This document shows, in pieces, positions 59,630-64,000 of a DNA stretch of 64,000 bases. The translations under genes and the position numbers were made by a program. This DNA comes from Minisyncoccota bacterium (GTDB lineage: Bacteria > Patescibacteriota > Minisyncoccia > UBA6257 > GWB1-50-10). The stretch's first letter is position 1. Every line of letters begins with the position of its first letter. The notes under the pieces were generated by a model that saw only the letters and a program-made list of their open reading frames with translations, did not search any database and was not told where the DNA came from. The DNA lies in NCBI GenBank assembly GCA_040880505.1, contig JBBDIH010000212.1, forward strand, positions 22,751 through 86,750, given 5' to 3'.

Positions 59630-60525
59630 TGAAGCATAAACCAGTTCTTTTAAATGAGGTAATAAATACTTTAAGTCCAAGTAAAGGTCAAACCTTTATC
59701 GATGGAACTTTAGGAGCAGGGGGTCACGCTAAAGAAATAATAAGAAAAATTTCTCCAGGCGGTACTTTTCTAGGAATAGACAAAGATCCAGACAATTTAA
59801 GGGAAACGAAAGAATTTTTAGAAAAAGTATCAAAAGAAGAGAATTTAGATTTAAATCTCAACTTTAAAGTAGGTGATTACAAAGATATAAAAGATTTTTT
59901 AAATGAAAAAAAATTACCTAAAGTTGATGGCTTAATCTTAGATTTAGGTTTTTCTTCAAATCAACTTGAGTCAGGAAAAGGTTTTAGCTTTCAAAAGGAT
60001 GAGCCCCTGATAATGAGATACGATGATAATTTAGAAAAAGTTAATGCTTTTTTTGTTCTTAATAATTTTGACAAAGGTGCATTGATAAGAATTTTTTCTG
60101 ATTTTGGTGAAGAAAAATATGCATCAAAAATAGCGGAAGAAATCATAAAAACAAGAAAGAATAAAGCAATTAAAACAACTTTTGAATTATCTAATCTGAT
60201 TAAAAAATCAGTTCCAAATAAAAAGTCTAAGATACATCCAGCAACTCGTGTTTTTATGGCTTTAAGAATTTTCATTAATGATGAATTTGGTTCCTTAAAA
60301 GACTTATTAGAAGATTTAACAAGCTTTATGGCCAATGATTCTAAAGTAGCCATAATATCCTTCCATTCACTAGAGGATAGAATAGTAAAAAATTACTTCA
60401 AAAAAATAGTAAAAAACGGGAAAGCAGAGTTTATAGAAAAGCTTATAAGACCAACAGAAGAAGAAATATCAAATAATCCAAGGTCTAGATCTGCAAAATT
60501 AAGATCAATAAAAATTAAAAAATAA
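59629..60525 (+). CDS. rsmH: 16S rRNA (cytosine1402-N4)-methyltransferase RsmH
   Basis: It begins HKPVLLNEV...DGTLGAGGH. It follows mraZ in the canonical position. Confidence 0.9.
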   Translation: MKHKPVLLNEVINTLSPSKGQTFIDGTLGAGGHAKEIIRKISPGGTFLGIDKDPDNLRETKEFLEKVSKEENLDLNLNFKVGDYKDIKDFLNEKKLPKVDGLILDLGFSSNQLESGKGFSFQKDEPLIMRYDDNLEKVNAFFVLNNFDKGALIRIFSDFGEEKYASKIAEEIIKTRKNKAIKTTFELSNLIKKSVPNKKSKIHPATRVFMALRIFINDEFGSLKDLLEDLTSFMANDSKVAIISFHSLEDRIVKNYFKKIVKNGKAEFIEKLIRPTEEEISNNPRSRSAKLRSIKIKK

Positions 60526-60840
60526 ATGACAATAATAAAACCAAAAAAGAATAAATCATCAATGAGTTTATTTGTGTTTTTACTCTTTACTGTAGTTATA
60601 GTAGGAGGATTAACATACATTCATCAATATAATTCTTTAGCTGATAATAAATACGATGTAGAACATCTAGAAGAAGGCATCAAACAAGCTGAATTAGATA
60701 ATGCTAATTTGAATAATAAATATTATGAATTAACTGATTTATCTAATTTAGAGCCAGTTGCAAAAGATTTACAATTAGTTTTAGATGATAGTCCTAGTTA
60801 TTTAAATGTTAATCAATGGGTTTCCGATTCATCTTTTTAA
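60526..60840 (+). CDS. ftsL: cell division protein FtsL-like (bitopic, coiled coil)
   Basis: It is 104 aa with one TM plus a coiled coil. It sits between rsmH and ftsI. Confidence 0.55.
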   Translation: MTIIKPKKNKSSMSLFVFLLFTVVIVGGLTYIHQYNSLADNKYDVEHLEEGIKQAELDNANLNNKYYELTDLSNLEPVAKDLQLVLDDSPSYLNVNQWVSDSSF

Positions 60841-62405
60841 ATATAATATTTTTTAGCCTTTTTTCAGGCTTAGTTTTTAATCTTTACAATCTTCAAGTTG
60901 AAGATGCTAATTATTATTTTGAGAAAGTAAAAGTAAGAGCAGATTATCAAGAACAACTAGAATTAAGAAGAGGCGAGATTTTTTTTAATGATAAAAACAA
61001 TAATAATATAGCTGTTGCAATAAATAGAGATTCTCCTGTTGTTTTTGCTTCACCTAAAGACATAGAAAATTCAAAAGAAGCAGCAAGAAAATTAAGTGAA
61101 TCTCTTGATTTAGAAATATCAAATTTAGAAGAAAGCTTTAATAACAAAGATAGACTTTTTAAATTATTAGTGGATAAAGCAACAGAAGAGCAAATTGAAA
61201 AAATAAAAGAGCTAGGCTTAGAAGGAATTCATATTAGTTATAAGCAGTATAGGTACTATCCTTATAGCTCACTAGCTTCAACTTTACTTGGTTTTGTTGG
61301 GGTTAATGAAAATATAGATAAAGCCTCTGGTCTTTATGGATTAGAGTTGTTTTATGAGGAGGAGCTTTCTAGTGGAGATGATGTTTATTTAACTATTGAT
61401 AGGAATATTCAATCAGAAGTAGAGAAAATTATTAATAATTTGATGGAAGATTTTGATGCTGTTGGAGCTTCGGCCATAGTTCAGAATCCAGAAACAGGAG
61501 AAATATTAGCTATGGCCAGTGTTCCTGGATTTGATCCTAATGAATATAGTGAATATCCAATAGGTAATTTTATAAATCCTAATGTTCAATACGTTTATGA
61601 ACCAGGATCTGTTTTTAAGCCTTTAACAATGTCTATGGGAATAGACAAAGGTGTAATTACTCCAGAAACAACATATTTTGATACTGGTAGCATCACTTTA
61701 AATGGAAGGACAATTCGTAACTGGAATTTAAAAGCTAATGGGTTAATTACTATGACTAATGTTATTGAAAAATCGGTTAATACAGGAGCTGCATTTGCTG
61801 GTGAAAAAGTAGGTAAAGAAAGCTTCATTGAATACTTAGAAAAATATGGATTTAGTGCGCCAACTGGTATTGATGTAAAAAATGAAGTATCTGGCAGTAT
61901 AAATAATTTGAAGAGTAATAATTTTAGAGAAGTAGATTTAGCTACGGCATCATTTGGTCAGGGTACTTCTGTAACTCCTATTCAAATGGTTTCTTCTTAT
62001 TCTGTTATAGCTAATGGCGGATTATTAATGAAACCTATTTTAAATAATAATAAAAGTCCAGAGATTATAAGAAGAGTCATAAAAGAAGAAACAGCAAAAC
62101 AAGTAATAGAAATGATGGAGTCAGCCGTAGAAAAAGCTAGAGTAGCTGCAATAGACGGTTACTCTGTAGCTGGTAAAACAGGAACTGCTCAAGTACCTGA
62201 CTTTCAAAATGGAGGATACAGTGATCAATATATACATAATTTTGTAGGTTTTGCTCCAGCTAGTGATCCACAGTTTACTATTCTTATTAAACTTGATAAA
62301 CCAAATGTTGATTTAGCGGGTATAACTGTTGTTCCTGCTTTTAAAGATTTAGCTCAATTTATTTTAAATTATTACAATATTAATCCTGACAAATTAACAC
62401 AGTAA
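60816..62405 (+). CDS. ftsI: penicillin-binding protein FtsI-like (divisome transpeptidase)
   Basis: An N-terminal TM is followed by the transpeptidase motifs SVFKP, SVN and KTGTAQ. It lies in the dcw cluster. Confidence 0.8.
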   Translation: MGFRFIFLNIIFFSLFSGLVFNLYNLQVEDANYYFEKVKVRADYQEQLELRRGEIFFNDKNNNNIAVAINRDSPVVFASPKDIENSKEAARKLSESLDLEISNLEESFNNKDRLFKLLVDKATEEQIEKIKELGLEGIHISYKQYRYYPYSSLASTLLGFVGVNENIDKASGLYGLELFYEEELSSGDDVYLTIDRNIQSEVEKIINNLMEDFDAVGASAIVQNPETGEILAMASVPGFDPNEYSEYPIGNFINPNVQYVYEPGSVFKPLTMSMGIDKGVITPETTYFDTGSITLNGRTIRNWNLKANGLITMTNVIEKSVNTGAAFAGEKVGKESFIEYLEKYGFSAPTGIDVKNEVSGSINNLKSNNFREVDLATASFGQGTSVTPIQMVSSYSVIANGGLLMKPILNNNKSPEIIRRVIKEETAKQVIEMMESAVEKARVAAIDGYSVAGKTGTAQVPDFQNGGYSDQYIHNFVGFAPASDPQFTILIKLDKPNVDLAGITVVPAFKDLAQFILNYYNINPDKLTQ

Positions 62406-62406
62406 A

Positions 62407-63714
62407 ATGAATAACTTTATAGAAAAAATAATAGATTTTAAACTTAAGCTTTTAGCAAAAGCAACTATTTGGCGTTATGAACCTAAGATTATTGGTGTAA
62501 CTGGAAGTGTTGGTAAAACATCAACTAAAAAAGCTATAGAAAAAATAATTAGTTATTCAAAAACTGTTAGATCTTCTGGTGATATGAGAGATAGATTTAG
62601 AAGTCTGTCTTTAGCTATTATTAGCAACGAAAAAGAAGGTGATAGTTTTGTTTTTTGGTCTAAAATTTTATTTAAGTCTTTTCTAAATTTAATTATTAAA
62701 GATAAAAAATATCCAGAAGTTCTTGTTTTAGAGTATGGAGCAGAAAAACCAGGCAATGTAAGAAGGTTATTAGACCTAGTAAGACCAACTATAAGTATTA
62801 TAACTAGTTTAGGTGATGTACCATCTCATATTGAATCATTTTCTGGGGTAGATGCTGTTATAAGGGAAAAATCTAGAATAATAAGTCAGCTACCCTCTAC
62901 TGGTTTTGCTATCCTGAATCAAGATGAGAGAGAAGTATTAGATATGAAAGAGCAAACAAGAGCTCATGTGGTTACATATGGATTTGATAAGGAATCAGAC
63001 ATAAGAATATCTAGCTTTGAAAATCTATTTAATAAAGATCAGACAGGTGTGACTTTTAAAGTAAATTATGGAGGAAGTTTTATCCCAGTTAGATTAGAAA
63101 ATTGTCTTGGTAAATCTAAGGCTTATTCTTCTGCCGCAGCCGCAGCTGTAGGATTAGTTTTTGGTATTAATTTAGTTTCAATTTCTGAAGCTTTAGAAGA
63201 ATTTCAGTCTCCTCCAGGTAGATTGAAAGTTATAGAAGGAATTAAAAAATCATTAATAATCGATGATACTTTTAACTCTTCACCAAAATCAATGGAGGAA
63301 GCTTTAGAGGTATTTAAAAAAATAAAAAAAGTTAAGAATAGAAAAATAGCTGTGATTGGTGGAACGCTTGATATTGGTAAAAAAACTTTAAATATACATG
63401 AATATTTTGGTAAAAAATTATCAAAAATATCTGATGTTTTAATTACCGTGGGCATGAGAGGAAAAATAATTTCAGAATCAGCTATAAAAAATAAAATGGA
63501 TAAAAAACACGTTCATCATTTTACAAATCTAAAAGATATAGCAGAAACATTACAGAAAGAAATAAAGAAAGGTGATTTAATTTTAGTAAAAGGATCTGAA
63601 TTCATAAGAATGGAAAACATAATAAAAGAAGTAATGGCTGAACCCAACATGGCAAAAAAATTATTATCTAGACAGAACAAATACTGGCTTAATAAGAAGG
63701 GCATGTATGAATAA
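62407..63714 (+). CDS. murF: Mur ligase family protein, probably MurF (UDP-MurNAc-tripeptide--D-Ala-D-Ala ligase)
   Basis: The P-loop is GVTGSVGKTSTK. Central and C-terminal Mur ligase domains are present. It follows ftsI. Confidence 0.65.
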   Translation: MNNFIEKIIDFKLKLLAKATIWRYEPKIIGVTGSVGKTSTKKAIEKIISYSKTVRSSGDMRDRFRSLSLAIISNEKEGDSFVFWSKILFKSFLNLIIKDKKYPEVLVLEYGAEKPGNVRRLLDLVRPTISIITSLGDVPSHIESFSGVDAVIREKSRIISQLPSTGFAILNQDEREVLDMKEQTRAHVVTYGFDKESDIRISSFENLFNKDQTGVTFKVNYGGSFIPVRLENCLGKSKAYSSAAAAAVGLVFGINLVSISEALEEFQSPPGRLKVIEGIKKSLIIDDTFNSSPKSMEEALEVFKKIKKVKNRKIAVIGGTLDIGKKTLNIHEYFGKKLSKISDVLITVGMRGKIISESAIKNKMDKKHVHHFTNLKDIAETLQKEIKKGDLILVKGSEFIRMENIIKEVMAEPNMAKKLLSRQNKYWLNKKGMYE

Positions 63715-63716
63715 AC

Positions 63717-64000
63717 ATGGAAACAGGAAAGAAATATTTAAAAGAAATAGTTTATGGAAGTATAGATGGAATAATAACAACTTTTGCTATTGTTTCAGGT
63801 GTATTAGGTGCATCACTTTCTAGTGGAATAATAATTATTTTAGGATTAGCTAATTTATTTGCCGATGGAATGTCGATGGCAATAAGCAATTATTTAAGTG
63901 TTAAATCTGATATAGAAAAAAATGAAAAAACAGTAAATAATTTTTTAGATCCAAAAAGAACAGCTTTAGCAACCTTTTTGGCTTTTGTTATTTTTGGATT
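63717..64000 (+). CDS. VIT1/CCC1-family metal transporter, N-terminal part; 3' end lies outside the window
   Basis: It begins YLKEIVYGSIDGIITTFAIVSG, the VIT family signature. Confidence 0.6.
   Translation, partial: METGKKYLKEIVYGSIDGIITTFAIVSGVLGASLSSGIIIILGLANLFADGMSMAISNYLSVKSDIEKNEKTVNNFLDPKRTALATFLAFVIFG

Noticed and set aside
1-64000. CRISPR arrays, rRNA genes, transposases or integrases
   Set aside because: No direct-repeat/spacer arrays, no rRNA-like conserved blocks, and no transposase or integrase-like ORFs were seen. The only repeats are the palindromic elements listed above.

Overview
This is an AT-rich (about 30% GC by eye), gene-dense bacterial chromosomal segment, with nearly all genes on the + strand. 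Most of it is core housekeeping. It carries secD-secF, seven aminoacyl-tRNA synthetases (aspS, metG, alaS, proS, lysS, serS, argS), the str operon (rpsL-rpsG-fusA) and dnaG-rpoD. The tail of the ribosomal alpha operon runs infA-rpmJ-rpsM-rpsK-rpsD-rpoA-rplQ-rplM-rpsI. Cell-shape and division genes include two mreB paralogs with holB, frr, rseP and proS between them, followed by mreC-mreD-PBP2. The heat-shock operon hrcA-grpE-dnaK-[membrane ORF]-dnaJ has a CIRCE operator. After rplJ-rplL and udg-dCMP deaminase-argS comes the start of a dcw cluster (mraZ-rsmH-ftsL-ftsI-murF), then the N-terminus of a VIT-family transporter. Many proteins have minimal or unusual architectures: RpoA without the alpha-CTD, AlaRS without the C-Ala domain, short AspRS/ProRS, Lys/Glu-rich tails, and a split ComEC. 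This suggests a reduced-genome, uncultivated lineage resembling the candidate phyla radiation (CPR/Patescibacteria); that assignment is inference only. No rRNA, tRNA or CRISPR was found.

The non-housekeeping signals are:
1. A family of long palindromic intergenic repeats built around GGGGATAAC/GTTATCCCC. The motif is a near-DnaA box that also sits in terminator-like hairpins. A DNA-uptake-sequence role is possible given the comEC and type IV pilin genes in the window.
2. A dense cluster of perfect DnaA boxes just upstream of mraZ.
3. A GC-rich structured RNA-like leader with mutually exclusive terminator/antiterminator pairing between ndk and metG.
4. A sigma-70 region-4 / HARE-HTH fusion protein next to a membrane protein plus a VirD4/TraD-like coupling ATPase.
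5. A two-gene hypothetical module between csp and infA.
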